This document shows positions 15,211-29,500 of a DNA stretch of 64,000 nucleotides, in pieces. The DNA comes from Nitrospirales bacterium. Lineage in GTDB: Bacteria > Nitrospirota > Nitrospiria > Nitrospirales > UBA8639. Within the stretch, counting starts at the first letter, position 1. Every line of letters starts with the position of its first letter. Both the position numbers and the translations under genes were made by a program. Location of the stretch: the NCBI GenBank assembly GCA_965203295.1, contig CBDBCZ010000017.1:1248001-1312000 (forward strand), written 5' to 3'. The notes beneath the pieces were generated by a model. It had not been told where the DNA came from. It saw nothing but the letters and a program-made list of their open reading frames with translations, and did no database searches.

Positions 15211-16369
15211 GGGGACCCTACAAAAGACATTCTTGTATCACTTGTATTGACAAATTGTGCTATAGCACTTATCTGAAGACAGTAGCGTGTGACAACTCCG
15301 AGGTAGCAACGTTCTGTTGTAGGCTCGACAGCTGCTGTCACCAAACGGTCACCTTGGGACAGTCTTGACAGCCACTATCAACAGACAAAGTAAGCAGAAT
15401 AAATAGTAGTCTAGCTAGCTAAAATAGTACTGCTTACCGGTGTATGAATTTAATACAGACTTACAATACGGTAAAATTACGAAAAGTTAATGCACTTATC
15501 TTGCCAAAGACCGACAACTCCAATTGCCAAGAAGAAATGACAAACTCTCTCTCGACACGGAACGCTGTTGCGATAGCGGTCGAGATCGAATTAACGCCCT
15601 ACGGTAGCCGACGTTGCGCTCGTTCTGTGACACGTCATGTGACGATTAGTGCGCATAAACGCATGATGTCACGTATAGCTAATAGCGTTCCATTGAGAAG
15701 AATACGGAAGGTATGCAGAGGTTTACGATATCTGGCCTACAGAATGTTTTATAGCTTCAAGGGACGGGTGGAGATGCCGCCTCAAAAACCTTGGTTTGCA
15801 AGTATGGAGCTGTGCAGAAGATTGGGCTTAAATGCAACGAATTCTCAGTGAGGTTGCAAAAAACTTAGCAAAGCTACGGTATGGTGGCGGTTTTACCACT
15901 CAGATTCAAGCTATTTTCTTTTGAAAACAGCTAAATTTACACAAGATCACTCATCGAGACGTTTTCCGCCAACATACCTAATTGCATTCCACTATTAGCG
16001 CACGTGATCGGTTCCAACCTCCTCTGGCCTCTGGAGCGCACTGTATATCACGTTCGAGAATCAGTTTGTTCGTTATGAAGATTATGTTGTCGTGGACATG
16101 CGCGCTCGAAAATGAAGTTCAATCGTGCTAAAATCACGGTGATTGCTTGAAGCGATTTTGAGCTAGCCTCGTTGAAGAATAAGAAACCAGAATTAGAAGA
16201 TGAACAAACTGGTATTTCAGCCGCCTTCCAGTTTTCTATTTTAACGAAGCTTTTTGGCGACTTTGGGAGCCTTGTTGGTTGCAGAAACCCCCCAAAATGA
16301 AGGTTAGGTCCCTATTAAAGCTTAAAAGTTATTTTTTGGAGAGATTTGGAAACTTCGATTTTATAGTGC

Positions 16370-17526
16370 TGAGCTCCACGCTCCCGCAGCCTTCGTCGCA
16401 TCCTCTTGTGCCTCCCAGGGCCTCGTAGGGAAAATTCTCGACCTACCCCGTGGCACTCCACCCCGCCTGCTGTCAGCTGTGTCAGACCTGTCTGTCGCTG
16501 CCGACCGCCCGGACTGGCAACAACTCGAGGATATCGACGTATACCCATACGCCAGAACCACCTCTCTTTCGCCATCGACGAGGCGGTTCATCATCGTCTT
16601 CTCTCCTCCGCCCCCTATATTCGTGCTCGCGCCCTCGCACATTCATCCGCCCTCCCTCATGCCGGCGACTGGCTCAACGGGATTCCTTCAGCTGCCCTGG
16701 GGCTCCACTTGCAAGACCAGGAGTTCCGCTTCTGTCTGAGGTACTGGCTCGGAACCCCACTCCACAGCGGATCCTACCCTTGTCCGGAGTGCCACAGTAT
16801 CGCAGACGAATTCGGAGACCATCAGGTGGGCTGCGGGGGCGGTGGCGACCGCATCATGCGCCACAACTCCATCAGGGACGTGATCTTCTCAGCGGCCCAG
16901 TCAGCGGCTCTGGCCCCTACCCGGGAGGCTCCAGGAGTGATCCCAGACTCATTGTCCAGACCGGCTGACGTCCTCCTCCCCACCTGGAGTTATGGCCGCC
17001 CAGCAGCACTTGACGTACACGTCATCTCCCCCCTACAACAACAGACCATCAACGCGGCCGCATCCACACCCGGCCATGCGCTCCAAGTGGGGGTCCAGCG
17101 CAAATTGACAGCCCATCTGTCAGCCTGCCGCTCGGCAGGAGTGGTGTTTGTACCGGTCGTCGCTGAGTCTCTAGGGGGACTGGCAGAAGACACAATCAGC
17201 ACCATTGCCAGGCTCGGGAAGGGCATCGCCAGCCGCATCAGAGACTTTGACTCATCCAACCCCACCCGTCAGCTGTTTCATCGCCTCGCCATCGCCCTGT
17301 GGAGCGGGAACGCCAGCCTCTGGCTACACAGGCAGCCACCCCTCCCCCCCGCAGTGGATGGCATCCCGTAATTGTTTTTTATTCCTTTTGTTGCCTTCGT
17401 TTGTTCTTTTTATTTATTTTTATCATTTATATATTTCCCCAGTATTGTACTGTATTGTATTGTATTGCTTCCGCTTCCTTTTAAAAAAATAAATAAATAA
17501 ATAAAAAAATAATAAAAAAAAAAAAA
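16370..17526 (+). mobile_element. 5'-truncated RLE-type non-LTR retrotransposon (CRE-like), C-terminal ORF 16406-17371
   Basis: Zn knuckle CPEC...DHQVGC; RHN..RPAD..LDV..K restriction-like endonuclease motifs; T-rich 3' UTR and A-rich tail at 17482-17526; no RT domain. The 5' boundary is approximate. Confidence 0.85.
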
Positions 17527-17824
17527 GTGTCCGTGCCATCCCTACATAGAGTCTACCGACTCTCTGATACACTGAGGTACCTCTAGTTAATTACAAACGT
17601 TAAACGTTTGTAGTTCAGGCTACCAAAGAAACACATGAGGACATGAGGGAGGTAAAGCTTATTGATTTTGCCATGTTGTTTTCCGGTCCTAGCTTCAGTT
17701 TTCTGATAGTAAGAAAATTCATACCGTACTTGTAGATTGTATCGAAAGTACTCCTGGTAAGCATGCAGGCATGGGCCGGGATGAGCTCAAAAGCGCCAAT
17801 GATCCTGGCAAGCCATGCAGGTAC

Positions 17825-18100
17825 TAGTCTCGTGCCCAGCCCCACGCTAGAAAGTGGGTCTGGCTCCCCGTATATTCGAAGTTGGGTTAGCGTTACATCA
17901 CATTACATCACCAAGCGGATAGTGTCCACGTGGCCATTCGTGTAGCTATCCGGATACTGCAACGGTTTAGTGATGTATATAAGTAACCAATCACATTGCC
18001 GTTCCAGATCTGGGACCGCTGACATAATTAATGCTGCTCCAACTTTGAATATACGGGGAGCCAGACCCACCTTCCTAACGTGGGGCTGGGCACGAGACTA
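17825..18100. mobile_element. AcademH-like MITE. Second copy at 38527-38804
   Basis: TAG...CTA termini, long TIRs and 9-bp TSD TGCAGGTAC (second copy CTTTGACTG/CGTTGACTG). Confidence 0.8.
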
Positions 18101-18117
18101 TGCAGGTACAAGTTATA

Positions 18118-18250
18118 GTTAAGCCACCCCCTAGACACGTTCACCAGTAATACACCAGACAGTTCCAGGTAAACCCCGAGGGCGAAGGGTTTACTTGGAA
18201 CTGTTGAGTGTATTGCTGGTAAATGCGTCTAGGGGGCGGTTTAGCTGGTT
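18118..18250. repeat. Palindromic element family with a CCGAGGGCGAAG-like loop. Also 18588-18750, 20975-21115 and 54538-54640
   Basis: Long imperfect hairpins with similar central motifs. Confidence 0.65.
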
Positions 18251-20039
18251 TGTAGCATGACAGCCATACACATCAAAGGCACCGTGACAATTTTTGACTT
18301 ATTAGTATACAGGAAGTGACATCACAGCACTGCAAAACATGTAGTAACGTTATGGTTTGGACTATTTAGTGGCTACCTGAAATCGCAGATATCAGAGTAT
18401 GTTAGTAAGAGTTAGGCATCAAAGTGGTAATTTTTTACTTATATAGTCTTGCATACAATGAAGTGGAAAAGTCAAAATTGTGAGTCTTTCGTCTATATTC
18501 AAATGAAGGGGGTTTCTATATTTAGAGTAGGTATATTCTTAAATATTACCTTCCCCCTCCACTTCGTATGCTGAGTTCCATGTATTAGATAAACCACGCC
18601 ACCCAGGGCTGTATGGGTTTTAGAGTACACGAGGGCAATAACAATTAAAGCACAGCCGGAGGGCTCTAATTGTTATTGCACGAGTGTACTAATTGTTATT
18701 GCACGAGTGTACTCTAAAACCCATACAGCCTGCAGGTGGCGTGGTTTAACTGATTTGTAGCCCAATGGCTTCTGTCAGCTTGAGGTAGTGCTACACTGAG
18801 CTTGTGCAAGTTGTAATCAGCTGTCACTGTTATGTAATCAGCTGTCACTGTTAGTGTAATCAGTGCTGAATGGTGCGCGTGCAGTGAGTAAGTCCTAGAC
18901 CACAGGGCAATATATATATATTGCCCCAACCGCAGGGCACTATATATCATGGAGTACGGTAGTACTCCATATGTAGGGTGGCCCTGGAAAAAAATGGCTT
19001 CTCCATTAAATGCGTACAAAATGACATGTTCAGAACTCTGCTGTAGGTGTAGTCTAGGGCTACTATGAGCCCTACCAGTTATTTTCGAGCGTTTTCATCA
19101 CTAACCAGACTGTTAGCTCTGCTAAAGAAGACCTCTGCAGTACCAAAGCGGCAAGTGGTTAAAACCGCCGAATAGTACATCTTGTTCGTCTTCGTCATCG
19201 TCATCGTCATCGTCATATTCTTTCAGCCAGGCTAGCACAAGAACGGGCGAAGCAATTAACAAGATTCCAACATGAACGGCCTTAATTGAACCTCGGGTAG
19301 TGCCTTTTGGACATAGCGTTTTCAAACAACTCCAACAAGTTCAGCAGTGATAACGGCCACTCTCGAGTGGGCGCTTGCTACTCACACGCCATTTTATGGT
19401 AGGCTGATACGCATGCGCAGACTGCCTGCCAGCACGTGTTCGTCTATTTACAGCTTTATCTATTTAAAGCCTACCTTCGATCATGCTGTTCAGTAGTTCT
19501 CGAGTGGAAGAGTGAAAGTCCTTGAAAGCATAGATAGTATAGCAAGCAAGGTTCTCCCAATCATTCATGTGATTGCTGTTCTTCTTAGAATTACAAGGTA
19601 CTTTGCATGCAGTATGCCTAGTTCAACGACTCAGCTGCAGCCTATTTGTATGTACAGAGAGCCTGTGCACTTCATGCAATGGCAGATGTCAATGAAATCG
19701 GCAGCACTGAATCTGCAGGTAGTAAGGGCCAGTAGCCTGTAAAATGGCACTGTAGTAGTGAGTGCAAAGCAGTCACTGAAACAAGTGGCTGCCATCTAGT
19801 TCAACTCGAGTAGTCATTTGAGGACGCTTTCCACCCAATTCACACAACATAACATTACACTCTGTGCTGATGACCTTCGATCGTGCTGTTCGCTCCTTTC
19901 GTTGTCGACATACGGATGAAGGCCTTCCTGATGCTGACTGGAGTACCTATACAACGTGCACCATCCTCAAACAAGTTCCTTTCCAACACCATGCGCATTT
20001 ACACCTACACATTTGTTACCACCTCCCAAAAATGCCCCA

Positions 20040-20775
20040 AAACAAGTTACAGAAAAAGCACTTTGCCAAAAAGTGCAAAAAACCAGTCATGTAGGGATGC
20101 ACTTCCACCCAAAAACACTGCCCCAAAAACCAATGAAACAAGCAACAATGCACACCAGAAGGCATGCACAGACTACACACATCACAGTGCAATGCATTTA
20201 CCGCGTAGCTACCATCCCTACATCTTTCCAACCACACCCACCCAATCCGTACCACACCCATACTCAACTGCACACCCAATACTTCTCAACACACACCACC
20301 GTCCACAATCATCACCATCAACCACGACAACTCATCTCAATCCAACATCCTTATCCACAATCATTAGCTACATACTTCACAAAACACAATACCCCACACT
20401 ACAACCAACCCAAACTATAACGGCAACACTACTAAAATCCCTATATAAACACCAAATGACTCTCACTATAGTCCAATATGCATGTACACAATCAACACTA
20501 ACAGCTACCTTCCACAACCGCCAACGTACTCATTAGCAGCACACACACTACCACTATTCATATACACAATTGGGGTGGGTGTGGTTGGAAAGATGTAGGG
20601 ATGGTAGCTACGCGGTAAATGCATTGCACTGTGATGTGTGTAGTCTGTGCATGCCTTCTGGTGTGCATTGTTGCTTGTTTCATTGGTTTTTGGGGCAGTG
20701 TTTTTGGGTGGAAGTGCATCCCTACATGACTGTTTTTTTGCACTTTTTGGCAAGTGCTTTTTCTGTAACTTGTTT
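20040..20775. repeat. About 205-bp near-perfect inverted repeat (20040-20246 / 20569-20775) around a CA-rich spacer
   Basis: Direct reverse-complement match; the same peptides appear on both strands in the ORF track. Confidence 0.9.
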
Positions 20776-21651
20776 ATACCACATTACATCACATCCAAGG
20801 TGTTTGATTGGAGCAGAAGCGGAGTATAAAGGGTCATATACTACGTTTATGTTTTCATGTTTTATTATACTACTTCTATGTTTTCATGTATTATGACATC
20901 GTAAATAACTGCTGCCTCTGGGAATGCTAGCCCAGTGCTTCTAGGTACCTACTCCACTGATTGGTCAAATGTTGTATAAGCCAGATATACCACGCCTACT
21001 CGGAGTATAAACGCGATATACTCCGCTAGGCTGTTTACCCTCGGCTATCGCCTCGGGTAAACCGTCTAGCGGAGTATATCTGCGTTTATACTCCTCGTAG
21101 ACGTGATATATCCTATACATATTGCCCCAACCACAGGGCAATATGAGCGTACTCAAGGCTCTACGGCATATATTGCCCTGCCGGTACCTTTGTTCCACCC
21201 ACGCAAAGGGCTACAAATATTGCATGCAAGACTCACAATTAAATGTATAGCTATGACATTTCATAGCAAGTAATAAATCGCTGCTTTGCTCAACAAAAAG
21301 TTAGGGTTGTTTTCACCAAGCTTAGACTATAGTAGGCATAATCTTTGAAATCCCATTGGATAGGTCATGAGTCTCAGATCTAAATCCCATATATCCATGC
21401 ATGCATGGGGTTTACGTATATAAATCCCATTCCATGCGAGATGGACATATTTTGGTAACATTACAGTAGTAATGGGTCGGTATATAGTCTAAATAACTTA
21501 GATGCCTCGACCAATGGGATCTACGTGATTTAGAAACCCTCAATCCTGGTGTCTACGTTAAACCTATATTTGGTTACCTCAGTTATAGTTCAAGGGTATA
21601 ACCATGCACATTTTCCACCGTGCAGGCTTGAACATATAAAGGCACAGCCAG

Positions 21652-22500
21652 ACAGCTATAACCTGTATATAGCATACAGTTCCAGTTAGGAAGCCAGTCA
21701 TGCATGCTATTCCTGTAAAATATGTATTATTGTAGGAATAAGTAGCTATTAGTAAACAATATTCCTGTGACTGGCTTCCTAATGGAACTTGCTTTAAATG
21801 TGGCATGTGGTGAGTGAACCATCTGGGATCTGATGCCCACATATACACAACAGACATGTTTCCTGTAATTCCTGTATTAGTTACAGCTATAACCTGTATA
21901 GCATACAGTTCCAGTTAGGAAGCCAGTCATGCTATTCCTGTAAAATATGTATTATTGTAGGAATAAGTAGCTATTAGTAAACAATATTCCTGTGACTGGC
22001 TTCCTAATGGAACTTGCTTTAAATGTGGCATGTGCATGGTGAGTGAACCATCTGGAATCTGATGCCCACATATACACAACAGACATGTTTCCTGTATTTC
22101 CTGTATTAGTTACAGCTATATAACCTGTATATAGCATACAGCTCCAGTTAGGAAGCCAGTCATGCTATTCCTGTAAAATATGTATTATTGTAGGAATAAG
22201 TAGCTATTAGTAAACAATATTCCTGTGACTGGCTTCCTAATGGAACTTGCTTTAAATGTGGCATGTGCATGGTGAGTGAACCATCTGGGATCTGATGCCC
22301 ACATATTATACACAACAGACATGTTTCCTGTAACTCCAGGTGTATTAATTACAGGAATAACATGTTTCTGTAAATATGCATTGTTGTAAAAAATAACATG
22401 ATTCCTGTGACTGCATGGCTTCATAACTGGAACTCCTGTAATAATGTATAACATTGTGGTGTGTGAGCCACCTGGGATCTGATGCCAACATACACAACAG
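21652..22500. repeat. Tandem repeat, about 230-bp unit, three copies plus a diverged fourth
   Basis: Units start near 21652, 21883, 22112 and about 22350. Confidence 0.9.
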
Positions 22501-23518
22501 TTGTAGGGAAAGCAAAGTGGTTGCCTTTGTTGAGGGAACCTATAACCACTGTGTTATTTCTGCAACAACGTATCAGGTGACCCACTTTCCTGCAACTATA
22601 GCAACCGTACATGTACTGCCTATAATTCCTATACCATTCCTACATAGCCTCGGCTAGTCCTACATACTCAGACGTCCAACTAACTACATGTAATAACCGA
22701 GAGATATTTGAAAGATGCATTGATCAAATCGAATAATACAGCAATAATGCTTCCTTATTATTATGCTAAACACAAGGACTAGGAAATGAGTATATAGGAA
22801 TTTAAAATGCACTCTGTCTCAGTTTGTAAAAAAGTGAATCAAAGTGATTAATCATAATTATACCTGGGTATACTAGTAACAGTATTCTATAAGAAAGCAA
22901 TTTCCTCCAAACTATTGGTACCACAAATTATTGTCAATGAGCTACTTCCACTATGGTTCAAGTTCAGGGGTATCAGTCTCCTGAATCCAATATGAGTTAA
23001 CTTAATGCAACTTATGTAATGTCCTGACTCGACTCCTGACTTCTGAGTTCATAGAGTTACCATACCACATACTTTCTGCAGTGAGAAAATCGTCTATCAT
23101 TTTGTGATAGCAGCCGCTGCAGCTGAAGCCTCATGTTTGCTGTAGTGCATGCAACAAAGACTCATGGCATGTATTAAACAACAATTAGTGGTGTAAATCA
23201 CATACTTGATTAGTAGCAGTACATTTACCTCAGACTATTGTCAAGAGTGCGATTATTTCCATATTTGCACACTTTTTGTGATCATAATTAACATGGAATC
23301 ATATTGGCTTGTAGTGCAATCCAGGCCACGTGATCAGAGCGGTATCCACCTCTTGCGCATGCGCGAACGTGCTGGAATTTGATTGGTTGGTACTGTTACC
23401 GCACCGTAGAAGGCATACACCCTCTGTAAGCGCGTGTATAAAAGAGAGATACATTTCTTCATTTCTCACAATTCAAACGTGCCTGTTTATAAGCCTGCGC
23501 AGTAACCTATTCTGCGAA

Positions 23519-26500
23519 ATGGCAGCAAGCGATGTTTCACGTTCTGGACGAACAGCTGCAGAAAACATCAAGTTTCATATTGCCGCTGAGAGGTCTGAAT
23601 TGAGCAGCACATTGCCTGCCTTCATCATCAACAAACCTCAGAGTGTGCATGCAGACGTCATCGGCTTGAGTGAAGGAGAGCTGATTTCCAGCAATGCGGC
23701 TCTTGCTGTAACCCTCGCGCCGAAGCGGGATGCACTTCAGCAAAAAGTCGATCATGTTAATCTCGCTATTGGACTGACGAACTTCAAGAACTGGGGAGAA
23801 ACAATGCAAAACCTCCTTCTGTATGCGAAACCAACCGAGGTGACGCAGGTCAAAGCGCTTGTGGCAGCTGCTAATGAACTGGATATCAAGGTGGGTGAAA
23901 ACAATTAGGCTGATGAGGATCTATGCATGTAGTTGTGGCATGTGGCAGTTTTTGCAGCGCGGAGGCTCAGAGTGCAAGTAAAGCGCCGTACTAGAATTTA
24001 TATAGGTGGGAAAAATTTTGCTAGGAAATATTTCGCCAAATACAGTTGCGAAGTTGTTTTTTTTTCGGACTTATTTTCGCGCATGCCTACAGTACGCCTC
24101 CGAGTTCATTTGACGCGCAGTTAAGCTCGAGTAACGGGATAGATCTCCAGAAATTGAGAGATTTCCGCCATACTGCAAGTTCTACCACGTCACAGTGAGC
24201 TCACTGACCTCGCAGGCCATATAATCTCGCATAGTCATGGAAGTATTAAACTTTGCTAGCTACTGGCGAATCGACAATATATTAAGACAACAAGTTCGCT
24301 TTTAGAAGAGCCGCAGATGCGGCATTCATTAGCGGAAAACTTTTCCCGCGGGTTGTTAATTTTTGCCATGCACTTGTATACAACTTACAATTGGGACACT
24401 GACGAATGGCGAAATTGTGGGTAGCTATATCATACTTACCTTGGGGGAAATCCTTCGAATATCAGAGGTAGCTCGTAATTACTATGACTGTATATATGGA
24501 AGAGGACGAGGAGTATGCTGCAGCTATACAGTATCAGTACCGGTATGTAATTATAGACCAACCCATTCTAAATGTTATGAATGCGCTAGCCGAAGTAGCT
24601 GTAGAAATAAATAGGTTGTTATAACTTCTGAGTAGTTACTGCAGTAACTGTGCAGTTGCAGGGTACAATAACTTAAGGTAATATACTATGGTATGGCTAG
24701 AATGAGTCTCCCTTAATTATTGTTGGTGTAGCTACAATGTACATGCAAAGAAAAGTCATGCACCCTCACTTATTATAATCCCAGATGTTCACTCACCACA
24801 TAATAACAAGTGGTTAGCTTCCCTTCTTAGCTACATGGAAACTATATGTTATAATAGATCATATTTCCCCCAGGCAGGCACATGCACTATTCTTTTTAAT
24901 TTTCCCATTATTCTAATCCCCAATTCTTTTATTTTGCCCTATTATTTTTTTCCATTGTTCTTATTTTTACCCTATCATTCTTTTCCTTTATCACGAGCCA
25001 TATGCAGCAGACGGAATTTAGGATGTGTTTCTACCTTTTAGTACAAGTCATATAGTGGGTTTCTCTGCTTCACTACACTTGGCTTTGGAATTATTGATGG
25101 AATTCACAGCCACTTATATTCCCACCACTTTACTTCAGACTAATTACGAGTCCTTTGACCTAGGGAAGGCCTTACAGACAGGTCTTATCAAAACAATCAC
25201 CTATTTATTCTCGCTTCTATGTATACACCTATTATTCCTAAAGAAATTCCCGAATAATGTGCGAAACAGTTAGCCCTCAGTGGAGCTGTTACTAATTTAT
25301 AGTGCGTTTATGAATTCAATGACTTCTATTCCTGAATAGATGGGAATGGGCGGGGCCTACCACACGTGGTCGCCGACCTACCCAGATGCTGGAGGGTTAC
25401 TCATCAACACCTGTGACCTTAAACTTGAAAAGCCTGAAACAAGTGATGGCAACCGCCGAATTGATTATGACAGTATGTATACTGCTATTAAAGTAATAGT
25501 CGTTTAATTAGTGTTGTTTTAGTTAACTAAAACTAAAAACAAAAAGTATTTCAATTAAAAATTTTCACCAAAATCAATGCAATTAGCTACATGACATTGT
25601 ATAATAGTGTTAGTAACCCTTTTTTAATTTCAGTTCCCCAACTGAAACTTAACTTTCATACTGTAATAGCCTTTTTACTAAACTAAATCTAATCATGTGA
25701 AGCCATACTAAAACAACACTGATTTTAACGGACTGTCATAAGATGGTCTGTACATTATATTTGCACATTCCCTATAGTCTTCAACAAGTTGTACAGTGGA
25801 ACCCCTCTACTGGGGACACCTGTATAGTATAGAGAGGTGTCCTCATTTCAGGGGTAAATTTACAGCATATTTGAGATGTAGCAAAATGTCCTTAATACAT
25901 TATCATAGGCATCCTTATTTCAGGGGTGTCCTATTAAGAGGGGTTCCGCTGTTACGGTATTATGCTTCATGTTCATTTGATGCAGAGGACAATAAGAGGG
26001 TCACTATTTCACCTGGTGTTACTGTTGGAGAGCTCATGAGTTTTTTTCTGAACCACGAAATCTGCTTTGAGTCTAATGTCATCTTACCAACCGTCACTTA
26101 TGGTGGGACATTCAGTGGAGGGTGTCATGTACGTGCATTTAGTGTAAAAGTTTGATTAGAAGTGCAGCAACTGCATGTACCTATAGTATGGCTTTATATA
26201 GCGATGGCCCGTTTAGGAAACTCGATGCTTGTGAAATGTATCATTTGGGTGCGGTGCAGGTAGAAAATAGCAACATTTCTACAAATGTGAATTAAAAAGG
26301 CTTTTCACAAAGACTGAGGGCTCAACAAAGGGCATTATTAAAGTAGCAGCTTGCAATAAACTGTAATTGCAACAAACCTCGGTAATGACAAAATCCCTCA
26401 TTTAGAACATAATTCAAACACACATTCGGTTGAGTATCAGCTAGCTTATCACACTTCTAGGCATTTTGTATTCCTTCTACACATGCTATATACCTTGACA

Positions 26501-29500
26501 AGGCCCTCTGATGAGTCTTCATGAAGCCTCCGTGAAAACTAAAAACTCCTTTTTTACCATTCAGCCGACTTTCAAATGACAATGTCACGGTAGTGCACGT
26601 GATATAAGGTTTCTAAAAATCTATTCTTGCACATACGTAGGGCACCGGAAAAGACCAGGAGAGCATATCTGACTGGATTGTATCGATGAAGGTGGTTGAT
26701 GGAGAAGGGGAGCTCCGGCAGCTACCTCCTGAATCACTTCCCCCCGGAGTAACAATGAATTCTGATCAAATCCTGAAAGCGGCCCAAGTCGATTTGGGTC
26801 TGTTTGGTGTCGCAGTCGAGTACACGGTAACGGTGAAACCAATGTCCAATTGCCGAGTGCAGAACATCTTTGACCAGACCCTGCAGGTAATAATTATTTT
26901 AATTTAATTAACCCTTTATCAACCATAAGAAACAGCTTAAATAAGCAGAAAAGCCTGTACAAAGTGTTAACGCCTAGTATTAAACCCCCCATATAAATTC
27001 ATATGGGCTTATGGGAGCTCATGACGCAGATATGCGTCATTGGTTGGTAAAGAGTTAAATAAAAAAGCTCTCAGGTTATTTCCCGAGTACAATAATCATT
27101 GCCTATATGGCTCAGAATCTTTGTCGTTGTTGTAAATGTACATGCATATTTTTTTTGCCTTGGAGTGAAGCCACGTTTGTAATGGAGCGAATAGGACATT
27201 CTTGCCTAACAATGTGCACGTGATATGTACAAGTCATAACAGTATGTTGTATACATGTAGGCTAAGCTATTCGGTCTTATATATTTATGCTGTGTACACC
27301 TGCATAATATGTGACTAAATAAGCCCTGTATTTTGTGAAATTTGGGCCGGAAATGCTGGTGGAGCACGTACCAGTGTACACTGTCGTCCATGTACAAATC
27401 CATTGCAGCAGTGGCTGCTCTTTTGAAAAATGTTTCAAACTGAGTCGTTTCTTTATTTGTAATTTCTCCAGCATCATGGCTCATAGCTTCTTTTTTTCTT
27501 GCCATAACTATAGCTGGCTCAATAATTCAGCTATCCCCTGTGTACGTGTTAGGCCTTGTCCACACTGGGGGGGTTAAAAAAGCACTGTATGCCCCTGCAA
27601 AAAATAATCATACTTTTGTCTTGCACTACATGCATCTTCAAACTACACGAGGCATATAGTGCGCTTATGGCAGTATCAGTAAAAAGTTTAATTCTCTGTT
27701 TCAATGCAGGATGTCGTTTCACCACCACCTTGTCCACCACCTTGTCCAGGGACACCCGTTCCAGTAAGTTATACATGTACTTTGATGTACTGTGTCGTGC
27801 AAATTAGGGTTCTCAAACAGTTTTGGTTGTTGTCAAGAGTAAGTTTTATGATGCTACCTATCTTGAACAGACAGAAAGTCTGGCCGCCCTCCTGAAGAAG
27901 TACTGGTCTGTGGAGATCTTCTGGTTTCCATTCAATAGTCTTCTTGACTGGGTGGGCAAAATGGTGCCTACGGAATCTGGCCGGCAGCTCAACGTTGCTG
28001 CATTTCCTGAGCCACCTGCTGCTGATACTAAACTAGTAAGAAATTATGCACAGAGTGCATGAGCCACCAGGCGGGGAAGCATATAGTGTTGTTTTGGTAC
28101 TCCATTCTAAAAGCATACTGTCTTATACTACAAGAGCACATAAAATAGTGCTGGAAAATTATTATGTATGTGCTCTTGTAGTATAACATGATAATGGAAT
28201 ATACCATGACAACTCGAAATTTTCTTAGCGTCAGCACACTCTATAATGTATATATTGACAGAAGCATACATAATTGGAGTCTCAACTCCTATGCATGCAT
28301 TCAGCTCAGTATACTGCCTTTGGTGGCACATGGACCCCTAATACTGTACACAGTGCTGTATTATTATGGTTTTGCAAGTTAAGTCTCCCTAACAAATGAT
28401 CAAACTTTCATATAATAGCGAGAGGAAGCTGGACTGAGCCCCAGTAACATACTGACCTGGCTTTGGTCTCCTTGGAACGACAAGCTTTGGATTCGGGGTA
28501 TCGATATCGATAGAATTGGAACAACAAAAGTAACTCTCGAGTAAGGCACTTCTATTGTATTCTCATGCCATCTTTGAATTAATTAAGTGGGTGTAACTGA
28601 AAGACCCCCCCCCCAGTTAGTATCAACAAGACTTGGTTTAATCCAATCCGAGAATACTACCACCCTTATCACTATAAATTAATTGAAGGGCTGAGAACCA
28701 GAGTGGTCTAACCCAATTAAAGAAACTTCCTCCTCCCAAACTTGAGACAAAAAATATTATGTGAATACCTGATCTGAGTAGCTATGGGGGTAGGAGTTAG
28801 ACCACAAAGTGGTGATTTGTTACTCCTACATTGTATGATATTTGGCATTCCATATAAATTATGTACAAATTGTGAGTCTTTAATCTAGCCACATGGGACT
28901 AAACATAGAAACTGGAGTGAGGTTCCTGGAACCTTCTCCAGTTACTATGTTGAGTCCCTTGATAGCAGATGAAAGACTCACAAAAATGTACTACATGTCA
29001 AGTGACACCACTTCGAGGTCTAACTCCTACCTACATACAGCAATGAAAGATTTCACATTTTTTGTCATACACTCATACACTTTAAAGTACAATTATGCAC
29101 TTTCAGTAGCTACTTCATTTGAGTTGGCCCACTATGGCTCTCAGCCCTTCAATTGACATTGAATTCTGCTTTGTGATGATTTTCTCATTCATTGCAGCCC
29201 TGGAGTGCCTTTCTGGAGCAAGGTGATGGATGTTGCCATGGGAACAGTGGGCAAGCGCTTTCTCACTCCCCTGATTCAAAATTTCCCTGGAGTCACTCCG
29301 TTCACCCTCCTGGGTGCGTTTCAGCAATTGAAATTCCAGTATGGCACCATGCAAGGTGATGAAGTGGTGCGCACTCCATGGGCTATCCACTATCGCGATG
29401 CCATCGATCTCATGCCGGTCTACGACGTCGAATTTGCCTTCCCTATTGACATCGATAATCCAGAAGTTCTTGTGCAAGCAATCTGGGAAGTGGTCAAAGT

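Noticed and set aside
15211..16370. Separate TIR element or 135-aa gene (15444-15851)
   Set aside because: Only a short GGGACC/GGTCCC match, no TSD and no recognisable protein motif; left unassigned.
19883..20896. Protein-coding ORFs on both strands
   Set aside because: Explained by the inverted repeat and low-complexity composition.
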